64,000 nucleotides of DNA from Cyanophyceae cyanobacterium (GCA_050331735.1 JBHJGN010000055.1:10748-74747); one strand, 5' to 3'. Shown: positions 45,712 to 57,599, counted from the stretch's first letter. The notes: generated by a model from the letters alone, not told the origin. Numbers and translations: made by a program.

Positions 45712-46625
45712 CTCAGAAAATTGCGATCGCCATTATTCACGGGATTGGAGAAGGAGGCAGCTTCGACGACCAGACTAGCCCCAAGTATGCCAACGGCATG
45801 GCGCAGGCTCTCAAGCTCAAGTTTGCTGAATTTTTGGGCTGTTTTGGCAGTGAGGCGGAGCGGCTCGCGTTTGCAGATAGAAGACTGGCGATCGTTCCCA
45901 TTTACTGGGCTGGCATTATTCTAGAAGCCCAGCAATCTTTGTGGAAGCGACTCAACATCGAAAATCTGAATAGCTTTTTCGGTCTGCGAGAGTTTGTGTT
46001 TCGCGCTCTAGCCGACAGCATTGCCTACCAGGTAACGTCAGCGGACACCTCCAACCGCTGGACTTACGACGGCATCCACCGCTGCGTAGCGCAAGGCTTG
46101 CAGAAGCTAGCTCAGCCAGAACAGGCTGGTTCTGATGCACCGCTATGCATCATCGCTCACAGCCTCGGCACTATTATTATCAACAACTATCTCTACGACC
46201 TGCAAACCAACAAATATCAAATCGAAATTGGCAACACGCCTTTAGAGCAAGGAGAAACTTTCACCTCCCTCTACACCCTGGGCAGTCAAATCGCCTTTTG
46301 GTCGCTGCGGCACCAAGACTTTGGCGCACCAATTTCCGTTCCTGCCCCTCAGCTTTCCCAGTATCACCCCCAGTTAGAGGGGGAATGGATTAACTTTTTC
46401 GATCGAGACGATCTCCTCGGCTATCCGCTCAAGTCCCTCAACGAGAAGTACCACAAAGCTGTGACTCAGGAGCGAGAAGTTAATGCTGGCACAATTGTCG
46501 AGTCGTGGAACCCAACTTCCCATGACGGCTACTGGACAGATGAAGAGGTAATCCATCCGATTGCTGATGATATCGCTCGTTTATGGCGACAGGTAGGGAA
46601 AGTGGATGAGCAGTCAGGAGGTTAA
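45708..46625 (+). CDS. Alpha/beta-hydrolase-fold hypothetical protein
   Basis: IIHGIG, nucleophile elbow IAHSLG, DRDD, SHDGYW; GTGA overlap with the upstream gene. Confidence 0.7.
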   Translation: MTQKIAIAIIHGIGEGGSFDDQTSPKYANGMAQALKLKFAEFLGCFGSEAERLAFADRRLAIVPIYWAGIILEAQQSLWKRLNIENLNSFFGLREFVFRALADSIAYQVTSADTSNRWTYDGIHRCVAQGLQKLAQPEQAGSDAPLCIIAHSLGTIIINNYLYDLQTNKYQIEIGNTPLEQGETFTSLYTLGSQIAFWSLRHQDFGAPISVPAPQLSQYHPQLEGEWINFFDRDDLLGYPLKSLNEKYHKAVTQEREVNAGTIVESWNPTSHDGYWTDEEVIHPIADDIARLWRQVGKVDEQSGG

Positions 46626-46785
46626 TTTAGCTGTGGTCGTTAGCTGTTAGCTTCCAGCTTTCAGCTTTTGAATTTTTGCTTTTTAAATTTTGAATTCCGA
46701 TTCTCCGAACGGCAACCCTACCCCAAAACTGATTACCGTCATTAAATGAAAGCGATAGCATAGGAAACAGGTCTTTAAAATCTTA

Positions 46786-48330
46786 ATGCTGATGCATCCC
46801 GATATTGTGCTGCTGGTTCTCGATACTCAACGAGTCGATCGTCTTTCCTGCTACGGCTACCCGAAGGAAATTTCGCCGCATTTGGATGCCCTAGCCGCCG
46901 ATGCCACCCGCTTCAATAACGCCGTTGCTGCTGCCCAGTGGACTATTCCCTCCCACGCTTCGATGTTTACTGGGGTTTACCCCTCACTCCACAACACCGT
47001 CCAGTCCTACTCCACTTTACCAGCTACCCTTCCTACTTTAGCTGAACGGCTGCGGGATGCCGGCTACTATACAGCCGCTTTTTGTAATAATCCTCTCGTT
47101 GGCGTGGTCAATAATGGACTGCGACGCGGCTTCACCAGCTTTTTGAACTACAGCGGTTTATTGACCTCGCGTCCCAACCAGGCTGGAGTGTCTTCCAATT
47201 TGATTGACCGCTATCGTCAGCAATTTAAGCGTCTTCTGGCAGGAGCTTTAAATCAGATTCAGGATGCTTTTGCCCATTCCGAGGCGCTGCTGTCGCTGTC
47301 CTTTTCTCCGCTAATGGTTCCGCTGTGGCAAACAGCGTTGAGCTTTAAGGGCAATACGGCAAAATCCTTGTCCGATGCGGCTCAACTGCTGAGCGATCGC
47401 CGCGGGTTGGCGGACGGACAGCCAGTGTTTAGCTTCATCAATCTGATGGGAACGCACATGCCCTATCATCCGCCCCGGAAATATATCGAACGCTTTGCTC
47501 CCCACGTTCTGCAAGATCGAGAAGCCCAGCGCTATCTCAACCAGTTCAACAGCGATATCTATGGCTGGCTAGCGCCTCTGAGCGATCCGCTCAGCGATCT
47601 CGATAAAGCAACCCTAGACGGCATGTATAATGCCGAAGTGGCCGCCCAGGATGAGCAGGTCGGGAAGTTTATCCAGAAACTCCAGGAAAGCGGGGCGCTA
47701 GAGAACACTTTACTAATTATCTGTGCTGACCACGGAGAACATTTAGGCGAGAAACAGCTCGTCGGCCACACTAATGCCCTCTACAATGAGCTGGCGCGGG
47801 TTCCTCTTATCATTCGCGACCCGAGCGGTAATTTTTCCCGGGGAACGGTGCGAGATGACGTAATTTCTACTCGCCGTCTCTTTCATACGGCTCTAGCCGC
47901 CGCCGGAATTGCTAACGAGTACGAAGAAGCCTTGGATTTAGCCTCTGTAACCAGTTCAGTAGAAGATACGGTCTTTGCTGAAGCGATCCCGCCCCAAAAC
48001 GTCCTCAATCTGCTGTTGCAGCGTCAGCCCGAACTGGTACGCGATCGCCGCTGCGATCAGCCCACCGTAGCTGTCTGGAACGGCAACTACAAGCTACTCA
48101 CCACCGGAAGCAGCCCCAACCTCCCGCACCAGGAACTCTATCACGTCTTCGACGACCCTCAAGAGGCTCTCAACCTCTGCGATTTGTTGCCAGAAGCCGT
48201 TGAAACCCTCGACGACCATCTCCAATCCTACATGAATCAAGTCCCCACCACAGTCAGTGCCGAACCAGCAGACAACTACAACGATCCGCAAGTCTACCGC
48301 CGCCTCCGCGATCTCGGCTACCTAGAATAG
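46786..48330 (+). CDS. Sulfatase / alkaline-phosphatase superfamily hydrolase
   Basis: DIVLLVLDTQRVD, WTIPSHASMFTG, ADHGE, C-terminal RLRDLGYLE. Confidence 0.88.
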   Translation: MLMHPDIVLLVLDTQRVDRLSCYGYPKEISPHLDALAADATRFNNAVAAAQWTIPSHASMFTGVYPSLHNTVQSYSTLPATLPTLAERLRDAGYYTAAFCNNPLVGVVNNGLRRGFTSFLNYSGLLTSRPNQAGVSSNLIDRYRQQFKRLLAGALNQIQDAFAHSEALLSLSFSPLMVPLWQTALSFKGNTAKSLSDAAQLLSDRRGLADGQPVFSFINLMGTHMPYHPPRKYIERFAPHVLQDREAQRYLNQFNSDIYGWLAPLSDPLSDLDKATLDGMYNAEVAAQDEQVGKFIQKLQESGALENTLLIICADHGEHLGEKQLVGHTNALYNELARVPLIIRDPSGNFSRGTVRDDVISTRRLFHTALAAAGIANEYEEALDLASVTSSVEDTVFAEAIPPQNVLNLLLQRQPELVRDRRCDQPTVAVWNGNYKLLTTGSSPNLPHQELYHVFDDPQEALNLCDLLPEAVETLDDHLQSYMNQVPTTVSAEPADNYNDPQVYRRLRDLGYLE

Positions 48331-48392
48331 CAGTGACCAGTGAACCATCAACCCAACAACCAATTCCCAATCGTTGCTAACTAATAACTACC

Positions 48393-49235
48393 ATGTATCC
48401 CCCTGTTGACCCGATTATTGTTGAGATTGGACCGCTAACGCTGCGCTGGTACGGACTGTTAATGATGACGGCTATTCTGGTGGGGGCTTGGGTAGCGAGT
48501 CAACAAGTAAAACGGCAGGGCGACAATCCTGATAAGCTGTGGGATATGCTGCTGTGGGTGCTGATTCCGGCGCTGATTGGCGCCAGACTCTACTATGTAT
48601 TTATTCAGTCGCCGCGCACCGACCAGGGAATTGGGCGCTATTTGTCGAACCCGGCGGAAATCCTGCAAATTTGGGGCGGCGGGATTCATATTTTTGGAGC
48701 GTTTATCGCTGGCAGCGTGGCGCTGCTTCTCTATGCTCGCTGGCAACGTCTTCCCGCCCTGAAATTTTTGGATGCGATCGCTCTGGCCCTGCCCCTAGCT
48801 CAGGCGATCGGTCGCTGGGGTAACTTTATTAATCAGGAACTCTACGGACCACCGACTACTCTACCCTGGGGCTTACGCATCGATCCGCAACATCGGCTTC
48901 CTCCCTACAACAATCTTGCTGCCTATCCAGAGTCCACTCGCTTTCATCCCCTATTTCTCTACGAATCGCTGTGGAATTTCATCGGTTTTGCTCTCCTATT
49001 TTGGATCTCCCGGCGGTTTGAATCACAGCTTAAAGAGGGAGATATTTTGCTGCTGTACCTGATCTGGTATCCCTTGGGGCGCTTTTTTATTGAGTTTCTG
49101 CGTACTGATTCCTGGTTTTTTCCCGGAACTCCTTTTAATGTGGTACATATTCTCTGTTTTGCGGCTGTCGTCAGTGCCGTCACTATTCTCTACCTCCGTC
49201 ACCGCCGCAATAGCCAACTACAGCGCAAAGGCTGA
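48393..49235 (+). CDS. lgt: Prolipoprotein diacylglyceryl transferase
   Basis: RWYGL, IGARLYYV, QAIGRWGNFINQELYG, HPLFLYES, RFFIEFLR. Confidence 0.95.
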   Translation: MYPPVDPIIVEIGPLTLRWYGLLMMTAILVGAWVASQQVKRQGDNPDKLWDMLLWVLIPALIGARLYYVFIQSPRTDQGIGRYLSNPAEILQIWGGGIHIFGAFIAGSVALLLYARWQRLPALKFLDAIALALPLAQAIGRWGNFINQELYGPPTTLPWGLRIDPQHRLPPYNNLAAYPESTRFHPLFLYESLWNFIGFALLFWISRRFESQLKEGDILLLYLIWYPLGRFFIEFLRTDSWFFPGTPFNVVHILCFAAVVSAVTILYLRHRRNSQLQRKG

Positions 49236-49544
49236 TATCAAGCTGAAAAACGGCAAATGTCACCTTTTTAGTCACTAAATCTAGCTGGAAGCACTATTGA
49301 CTCTGCAATCAGAGAAATTGTTAGAAATTTTACGTGACTAGTTTCGATGATCTCGAACCACGACGAGAAACCTTGTTTAAGCACTACGGCTCTGCATTGC
49401 CTGCAAGTTCACTAGTCCCAGTCAGCCGTCTATTCTCAAAAGTCCTCAAGATGGAGGTTGAGGCAATCATAGCAGTGTCAAGTCATCGGTGCTTAGGATT
49501 AGCTGACCTCCGCTAGTTCAGAATGCCATAAATCTGACTCCTCT

Positions 49545-49760
49545 TCAACGGCTTTGTAAGAAAACATCTTTGGGAAACGCGAGCATTAGCCCTAAAGTTA
49601 GCAGCGAAAACAAGTATCCGACTGTTGCTATTAGCTGGAGAGAAGCATTAAGCAGCAACGAGAAGCAGAGAATATCAACAATTAGTGGAAAAACTACCCA
49701 CCAGTTCCATCCTCTTTTGGTAGCAGCAAAATAAGCAAATAGCACTTCAACGAAAATCAT
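49545..49760 (-). CDS. Small hypothetical membrane protein
   Basis: 71-aa ORF with 2-3 hydrophobic segments. Confidence 0.45.
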   Translation of the reverse strand: MIFVEVLFAYFAATKRGWNWWVVFPLIVDILCFSLLLNASLQLIATVGYLFSLLTLGLMLAFPKDVFLQSR

Positions 49761-49847
49761 TAGTCTTCAATTGTAAAAATTGTTTTCAACTCGTAAAATA
49801 AGCTTGCTTATTATTCTAATTGAGAGCTATTCAAGCCGGAGTAGACA

Positions 49848-50498
49848 ATGAAGCGAGCTGTATTCTGCGATTTTGACGGCACGATTACCGCCACAGATAC
49901 TTTTGCTGGCATGAGCCAAGAGTTTGCTCCTGATTTAGCGGCTCAATTAATTCCGCAAATGTATGCGCGAACGCTAACGCTGCGGGAGGGAGTCCAACAG
50001 TTGTTGGCTTCGATTCCCTCGCAACGATATGCAGAGGTCATTGCCTATGCGGACAATAAGCCGATCCGTCCTGGTTTAGATGAACTGCTAGATTTTCTAG
50101 AGTCTCAGCAGGTTCCCTTTGTGGTCGTCTCGGGAGGACTGCTAGACATGGTTAAAAGAGTATTAAGTCGGTCTAGCAACGGGAGAACACCAATTATCAA
50201 CCGAGTAAGCGCCATTGCTGCGGTAAAAATCGACTCTCGTGAAGAATATCTGCGCGTCCTCTCGGACTTTGAGAGCAATACAGAATTAATCGCGAAGGTG
50301 CAGGTCATGGACAAGTACCCCGCCGATGAAACGGTTGCCATTGGCGACTCCGTGACCGATATTAACATGGCTCTCAGAGCCGACCTCGTGTTCGCCCGCG
50401 ATCGCCTGGTGCAGTACATGGCAGCAGAAGATAAACCTACCATTCCCTGGAACGATTTCTATGACGTTCTCGGATACTTGCAGCAGCGCTGGCAGTAG
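49848..50498 (+). CDS. HAD-IB family phosphatase (MtnX-like)
   Basis: FCDFDGTIT, VSGG and IGDSVTD motifs. Confidence 0.88.
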   Translation: MKRAVFCDFDGTITATDTFAGMSQEFAPDLAAQLIPQMYARTLTLREGVQQLLASIPSQRYAEVIAYADNKPIRPGLDELLDFLESQQVPFVVVSGGLLDMVKRVLSRSSNGRTPIINRVSAIAAVKIDSREEYLRVLSDFESNTELIAKVQVMDKYPADETVAIGDSVTDINMALRADLVFARDRLVQYMAAEDKPTIPWNDFYDVLGYLQQRWQ

Positions 50499-50572
50499 CA
50501 TGGCTCTCTCTTATTCCCAAAAGACGACTTGGTTAGCTACGCTCGCTGAGAAAAAAGAGTGTACAATAATAG

Positions 50573-52255
<1,683 letters not shown>

Positions 52256-52284
52256 ACATAGCTGTTTGTGATTAACAGCTATGT
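52256..52284. terminator. Hairpin immediately after the pyrG stop
   Basis: ACATAGCTGTT...AACAGCTATGT 11-bp inverted repeat. Confidence 0.6.
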
Positions 52285-52336
52285 CTAGTCCTACAGCTTG
52301 GCTTGTTGACTGTATAGTTTACGGCTAGACAAACAA

Positions 52337-52415
52337 AGTCCGTCCCTGCCGGATAGAGCCTAGTGCAGAACCGGCATCTATACTAGGTACTGTTTTCCCG
52401 GACTACGGAAAAACA
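52337..52415. ncRNA. Putative structured RNA element (double-pseudoknot-like), family unknown
   Basis: Four interleaved complementary pairs (see findings). Confidence 0.35.
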
Positions 52416-52459
52416 AGGATTTAAGGAATCTGCGCAGGCCGATTTTGTTAGCAGCGGGT

Positions 52460-53131
52460 TCAACCGCCAACATCACAGTAGTCTTGATAGAGGGAAATAT
52501 AGTCCATCACAATTTCCACTGCTTCCTCGCGCATATTCCGTTCGCCTACAAAATTGTCGTTGACGGCGGCGACAAGCTGATAAACATCGCACCAGCGCTC
52601 AAAGTCTCTCATCAATAATTGTGCCTGGGCCAAACTATGAATAAGCGCCACTGAAAAATTATTCGGATTTTTGAGTACGGCTGCCCTGAGCACCGAAATA
52701 GCGTCCAACTTCTCCAAAGGACGACTTCCACCGATAGCAGACAGGCGAAAGTAATCATCCATCGCCAGCAAATAGCCAAACGAAAACGCCTCTTCGGGAG
52801 TCAATTCATCGATCGTCAGTGTCGATTCGTTACGCCCGCTAAGATACTCTAAATACTCGCTTGCGTGGTTCTGCCCTTCGACAGACCATCCCAGGGCATT
52901 GACAATTGCAGCACGAACATCATCGGGAACCTCTGGGTCACTCAACGCCGCTAGCACGTCATCCGTCAGTCCTTGTCCAGAAGCTTCTTTCACCACCTCA
53001 ACGTCTTGATAAGCATCAGCAAAGGGCGTACTGGTTAAAGGGCTATCTGCCTTCGCTACACGGGGATGCCACACAAACAGAGAAGCAGCGATCGCTAAAA
53101 CAGCTTGACCCAATTTCTTCACTCTGGTCAT
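52460..53131 (-). CDS. Secreted hypothetical protein
   Basis: Signal peptide ending AKA, mature start DSPLTST; acidic, predicted helical. Confidence 0.75.
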   Translation of the reverse strand: MTRVKKLGQAVLAIAASLFVWHPRVAKADSPLTSTPFADAYQDVEVVKEASGQGLTDDVLAALSDPEVPDDVRAAIVNALGWSVEGQNHASEYLEYLSGRNESTLTIDELTPEEAFSFGYLLAMDDYFRLSAIGGSRPLEKLDAISVLRAAVLKNPNNFSVALIHSLAQAQLLMRDFERWCDVYQLVAAVNDNFVGERNMREEAVEIVMDYISLYQDYCDVGG

Positions 53132-53334
53132 AAATTCATCAATGACTATTAGTTGATGGTTTATGGGGCATTCCTTTTGGCTTTTTGTTGATTGTTGACG
53201 GTTAATTGTCTATTTTTCTCTCGTTCTATTTCCTAATGTAGATGATACACAAGTAGAGAGCTTTGGTTCCTTTCCCCCTTCCCCTTTCCCCTTTTCCCCT
53301 CTCTACTTAGTTCTGCATAGTACTAGAAAAAGAG

Positions 53335-54582
53335 TTAAATCGCCGATTCTGGACCTACAATCGAGATGTAGGGCGACATTAACGTTCGCTCTGTCGTCTC
53401 TTGAACCGCCGCTAGCGTCACCTGCGCGACTTTTTCTTGAAAATGAGTGTCAAAATCAATCCCTAGCCCTAGGGTCTCGTACCAGCCGTACACTTGAGCA
53501 ATTTCAGCATTCGTCTGTTTCCCCAGGGCATACTGTCCCAGCAGCTTATTCTTGGCTATCTGAAGTTCTTCAGCACTGAGCTGCCGACAGCGCTCAACTT
53601 CAGCACGGAGTCCTTCCACGGCGATTGCCGTATTCTGAGGCGCTGTGCCCATATACGCCACAAACTGAGATGGATCTAGACGAGTTGGATAGAACGAAGA
53701 CACATCATAAGCTAAGCCGCGCTTCTCCCGCAGTTCCACAAACAGACGACTAGAAAGCCCACTGCCCAAGTAGGTGTTGAGCAGCTTCAGAATCGGATAG
53801 TCGTCACTCTGCACCGCCGCTGCTAAATAGCCCAACATCACGATCGCCTGTTGGGTCTCCTGGGGCCGTCTTTTTTCAGTTGGGGGCGGATACTGAGAAG
53901 CAACCGGGACCGGAGTTGTTGCCCTCGGCTGCCAGTCGCCAAAAACTGCTTCTACCAGCCTCACGGCCTCTTCAATTCTGATGCGTCCAGAGAGGCTAAT
54001 CACTAAGCGATCGGGATGAAAATGCGTGCGATAGTAGTGCTGCAAATCAGCCTGACTCAATGCCGCCACCGTTGCTTGCGTTCCCAAAATTGAGGTTCCG
54101 TAGGGATGCTCTCCATACATGATCTCCCGTAGCTGCTGAAAGGCCAGGTTAAACGGTTGTTCGAGCTGAGACCGAATGCTTTGCTGCGCCAGACGCTTCT
54201 CTAACGCTACTTCCGCCTCTGGAAAGGTTGGCGTTCTTAAAATCTCTGCTGCTAGTTTTAAGAGATCGGGAAAATCCGCCGTAATCGTTTTTGTCGCTAA
54301 CAAAAAGTAATCCGCCGCTGCATCTGTTCCTAAACTAGCGCCAACCGATTCCACTCTCTCCGCAATGTCTAGAGCCGACGATCGCTCGGTGCCTTTTGTC
54401 ATCACCGCTGCCAAGAGGTGAGCGACCCCGGCTCGCTCCCTCGGTTCCCATCTAGCCCCAGCGTGTTTAAAAAATAGTCTTGCGGCGATCGCATCCGTTG
54501 CTTGGTTTTCTACCACAATTAACGTGATACCGTTGTCTAAAACCAAGCGATGAACCGGTTGGCTCCTCTGTGTTGCCTGCAT
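53335..54582 (-). CDS. M16B zinc peptidase, non-catalytic subunit
   Basis: M16 fold; HxxEH replaced by HLLAAV; SSRLFVELREKRGLAY. Confidence 0.9.
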   Translation of the reverse strand: MQATQRSQPVHRLVLDNGITLIVVENQATDAIAARLFFKHAGARWEPRERAGVAHLLAAVMTKGTERSSALDIAERVESVGASLGTDAAADYFLLATKTITADFPDLLKLAAEILRTPTFPEAEVALEKRLAQQSIRSQLEQPFNLAFQQLREIMYGEHPYGTSILGTQATVAALSQADLQHYYRTHFHPDRLVISLSGRIRIEEAVRLVEAVFGDWQPRATTPVPVASQYPPPTEKRRPQETQQAIVMLGYLAAAVQSDDYPILKLLNTYLGSGLSSRLFVELREKRGLAYDVSSFYPTRLDPSQFVAYMGTAPQNTAIAVEGLRAEVERCRQLSAEELQIAKNKLLGQYALGKQTNAEIAQVYGWYETLGLGIDFDTHFQEKVAQVTLAAVQETTERTLMSPYISIVGPESAI

Positions 54583-54640
54583 CTAATCCTTACCTAGCGT
54601 TATTCACTTATTATCAGCCCCATCTTAAATCTGTCGAGCG

Positions 54641-55909
54641 CTAACGCGGACTCAATACCGTCACTGCGTAGCGATCGCTGAGCAGATATTGGCTAGCCAG
54701 TCGCTGAAGGTCCGATACCTGTAGCTGAGCGATCTGCTCAGCATAGGTCACCGATAGCTCCGCCTGGGCAATGGTTTGGTAATATCCGTACAGTCCTGCT
54801 AGTTGACCAGGAGTTTCTGTAGAAAACGTATAGTCGTTGCACAGCAGGCGCTGAGCGCGACCCACTTCTGCTGTTGTCAATGTGGTTGGCAGCTTGGCCA
54901 TCTGATGACAAATTGCTTCTTCAACTGGCTCTAAATAGTCGGGATCCAGCAAAGCACTGATAGTAAATAAACTAGAATCTTGCTGAAGGGAAAAATCGCT
55001 GCTGATATCTAGCACCCACTGCTTCTCTTCGCGCAGTTCCCGCACCAAGCGGGACGAGCGACCACTCGCGAGAATCACTGACAGCACGTCTAAGCCAAAG
55101 GCATCCGGCAACTGCGCCACACCCGGTCCCATCCAGGCTAGAGAAAGACGCGCCGCCTCTAACCTGGGTAAGTAGATTTGAGTCCGGCGTACGCTGGTGA
55201 GCGGGGGTTCTGCTTCAGCAGTATAGGGTGGACACTCAGAACGAACCTTAAATTGACTAAAGGAGCGCTCAACCAGCGAGACAGCAACTTCCTGTTTAAC
55301 TCCACCCACGATCACAACGGTAATATTTTCTGGCTGGTAGAAGGTTTGATGAAAACAGCGCAGTTGATGAGGAGTGTAGCTCAGCAACTGCGCCTCGCTG
55401 CCGAGAATGGAGCGTCCGTAAGCATGGCGTTGGTATAGGGTTTCGCACAGACTTTGAAAAGCAATCCAGTCGGGATCGTCTGTGCAGGAACGCAGTTCTT
55501 CTAAAATGACTTCCCGTTCTTTAAAAAACTCCTCTTCTGGAAGCGACGGATGCAGCAGAATTTCGGCTAAATGAGGTAGAGCGTCGGACAAATACTGAGC
55601 GGCGGTGGTGAGAAAAAAATGGGCATAGTCGTGACTTGTGGCTGCATTAGTAAAGCCGCCGTAGTTCTCAATTAACTGGTCGAACTGCCCTACTCCTAGG
55701 CGCTGAGAGCCTTTAAAAACCATGTGTTCGAGGAAGTGAGCTATGCCCGTCCACTCATCCGGTTCGGCGATCGCTCCGGCACGTACCCAAATATCGGCAA
55801 CGACTACTGGTGTAGCGGGCAGATATTGATGGATTAGGGTCAGTCCCCGATTCAACTCAAAGATGCTAGCGGGGAAGATTTGATTGAGACGCTCTGTTAG
55901 TTGTATCAA
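54641..55909 (-). CDS. M16B zinc peptidase, catalytic subunit
   Basis: GIAHFLEHMVFKG, NAATS, SSRLVRELRE. Confidence 0.92.
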   Translation of the reverse strand: MIQLTERLNQIFPASIFELNRGLTLIHQYLPATPVVVADIWVRAGAIAEPDEWTGIAHFLEHMVFKGSQRLGVGQFDQLIENYGGFTNAATSHDYAHFFLTTAAQYLSDALPHLAEILLHPSLPEEEFFKEREVILEELRSCTDDPDWIAFQSLCETLYQRHAYGRSILGSEAQLLSYTPHQLRCFHQTFYQPENITVVIVGGVKQEVAVSLVERSFSQFKVRSECPPYTAEAEPPLTSVRRTQIYLPRLEAARLSLAWMGPGVAQLPDAFGLDVLSVILASGRSSRLVRELREEKQWVLDISSDFSLQQDSSLFTISALLDPDYLEPVEEAICHQMAKLPTTLTTAEVGRAQRLLCNDYTFSTETPGQLAGLYGYYQTIAQAELSVTYAEQIAQLQVSDLQRLASQYLLSDRYAVTVLSPR

Positions 55910-56048
55910 TCTAGAAATGTGTTGGGTTATACAATAAACACTATACTAGCGCGCTCAAATCACCCTTTTGATAGATTATGTCTAGACTTCCTGACAATTG
56001 CCCCAAAAAAATCCTCTGATGCAGAAACCAGAGGCAAGATGGGGGAAT

Positions 56049-56243
56049 GTTAGCCCACCGCTGCGCCGTCTTACCTCAGTTTCTGACCTGGATAAATCCA
56101 GGTGGGTACCGACGCGTCTTGTTTAAAGTTTCCGAGTACTAAGCTCGGTCTACTGCCACAAATGCTGTTGGTTCCCTCGTAACATGAGCATAGATCAACA
56201 AACTTTATTGGCAGTCACCAACGCAGCAGTGAATCTAACTTTT
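56049..56243 (-). ncRNA. ssrS: 6S RNA
   Basis: About 190-nt rod whose ends pair (GTTAGATTCACTGCTGCG...CGCAGCGGTGGGCTAAC), with GGTGACTGCCAA...GTGGCAGT and CCCACCTGG...CCAGGTC blocks typical of cyanobacterial 6S; lies downstream of purK, the usual cyanobacterial position. Confidence 0.85.
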
Positions 56244-56264
56244 CCTATTCTAATCGGTTTTTTC

Positions 56265-56474
56265 CAAGGCGCAAGCGCCATCGGCGCGGGAAAATAGTGG
56301 CTGCGCAACGGGAAAAGGGGAAGCGCCACAGGCGCAGGGAAAAGGGGAAAAGATCTAGTTGATTCCTTCGCTCTGTGTTCTTTCCCGTCCCGGAGGGACA
56401 ATTTTCCCTTTCCCCGTTCCGGAGGAACTATTTCCCCTTTACCCGTTTTTACCCGTTCCCCGTCGCGGAGCGAC
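56265..56474. repeat. Mini-hairpin / heptamer repeat cluster between purK and 6S RNA
   Basis: Hairpins at 56275, 56323, 56387, 56416 and 56462. Confidence 0.85.
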
Positions 56475-56477
56475 AAC

Positions 56478-57599
56478 TCACGACGACGATCCGTACCAGA
56501 TCAATTCAATGTGTTTAGCGGTGGCTAACGCCGTCTGTCGCTCCGCTTGCTCTAGTAACACGGTGACGTGACCGAGCTTTCTGCCGGGGCGAGATTCGGT
56601 TTTGCCGTACCAGTGAACGGTAGCCTGAGGCAAGGATGCAAGCTGCGATCGCTTGTGGTGATAGTCGTCCTCGGAGTGTTCGTAGCCCAACAAATTCACC
56701 ATCACGGCTCCCGCCGATTTCAGAGCCGTAGAGCCGAGAGGCAGACCCGCCACAGCACGAAGCTGCATTTCAAACTGAGATACGTTGCAGGCATCGAGGG
56801 TGTAGTGTCCTGAGTTGTGGGTGCGGGGAGCAATTTCGTTAACCAAAACGGTTCCTGCTCTTGTCAGAAATAGTTCAATGCCAAACACTCCGACAACCTG
56901 TAGCTGGTTGAGGAGCCTGGTGGCAATTTTGTCTACCTGGACTTTGACGGGGGCAGATACCTCCGCTGGCACAATGACGCGACGGCAGACCTGAGCTTCT
57001 TGCTGCGTTTCAACAACAGGATAAACAGCGACCTCGCCCGTCTCGCTGCGGGCGGCTATTACCGCTAATTCCTGCTCAAAAGGCACATACTCTTCCAACA
57101 TAACTGGCGTACCTTGAAGAGCCTGCCAGGCTGCGGCTAAAGCCTGTTGCTCTGGCAAAATGTAGGTGCCTTGGCCATCGTAGCCGTGACGGCGCACCTT
57201 GAGGACAACCGGAAACCCAAATTCTGAGACAGGTTGCTCCATAAGGGCAAAACGAGGGACTGGGAGAGCAATTTGTTGAAGGTAGCAGCGCTGTTGATAC
57301 TTGTCGAGCAAAGAAGACAGCGAGGCCAAACGAGGTCGAAACTTGATCCCCTGCTGTGCTAAAGGCTGTAAAGCGGCCAGATCGATAAATTCATTTTCAA
57401 ACGTAATTAGGTCGCAGAGAGTTGCCAGTTTAGCGGTCGCGGCGGCATCGTCTATTTCTGCTAAGACAGTATCGGTCGCCAAACTAACGGCAGGATCGTC
57501 GGTGCTGGGAGTTTGGACAATCAGTTCTATTCCCAGATTTCGAGCAGCCTGTGCCATCATCCCGGCTAACTGCCCCCCGCCAAGCACACCGATCCGCAT
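56478..57599 (-). CDS. purK: N5-carboxyaminoimidazole ribonucleotide synthase
   Basis: IGVLGGGQL, TFENE, GYDGQG, NEIAPRTHNSGH, RPGRKLGHV. Confidence 0.97.
   Translation of the reverse strand: MRIGVLGGGQLAGMMAQAARNLGIELIVQTPSTDDPAVSLATDTVLAEIDDAAATAKLATLCDLITFENEFIDLAALQPLAQQGIKFRPRLASLSSLLDKYQQRCYLQQIALPVPRFALMEQPVSEFGFPVVLKVRRHGYDGQGTYILPEQQALAAAWQALQGTPVMLEEYVPFEQELAVIAARSETGEVAVYPVVETQQEAQVCRRVIVPAEVSAPVKVQVDKIATRLLNQLQVVGVFGIELFLTRAGTVLVNEIAPRTHNSGHYTLDACNVSQFEMQLRAVAGLPLGSTALKSAGAVMVNLLGYEHSEDDYHHKRSQLASLPQATVHWYGKTESRPGRKLGHVTVLLEQAERQTALATAKHIELIWYGSSS

Noticed and set aside
49334..49516. 60-aa plus-strand ORF
   Set aside because: GTG start without a clear RBS and no recognisable motif
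53335..54582. Degenerate peptidase pseudogene
   Set aside because: Loss of HxxEH in the second gene is normal for heterodimeric M16B peptidases, and the ORF is full length
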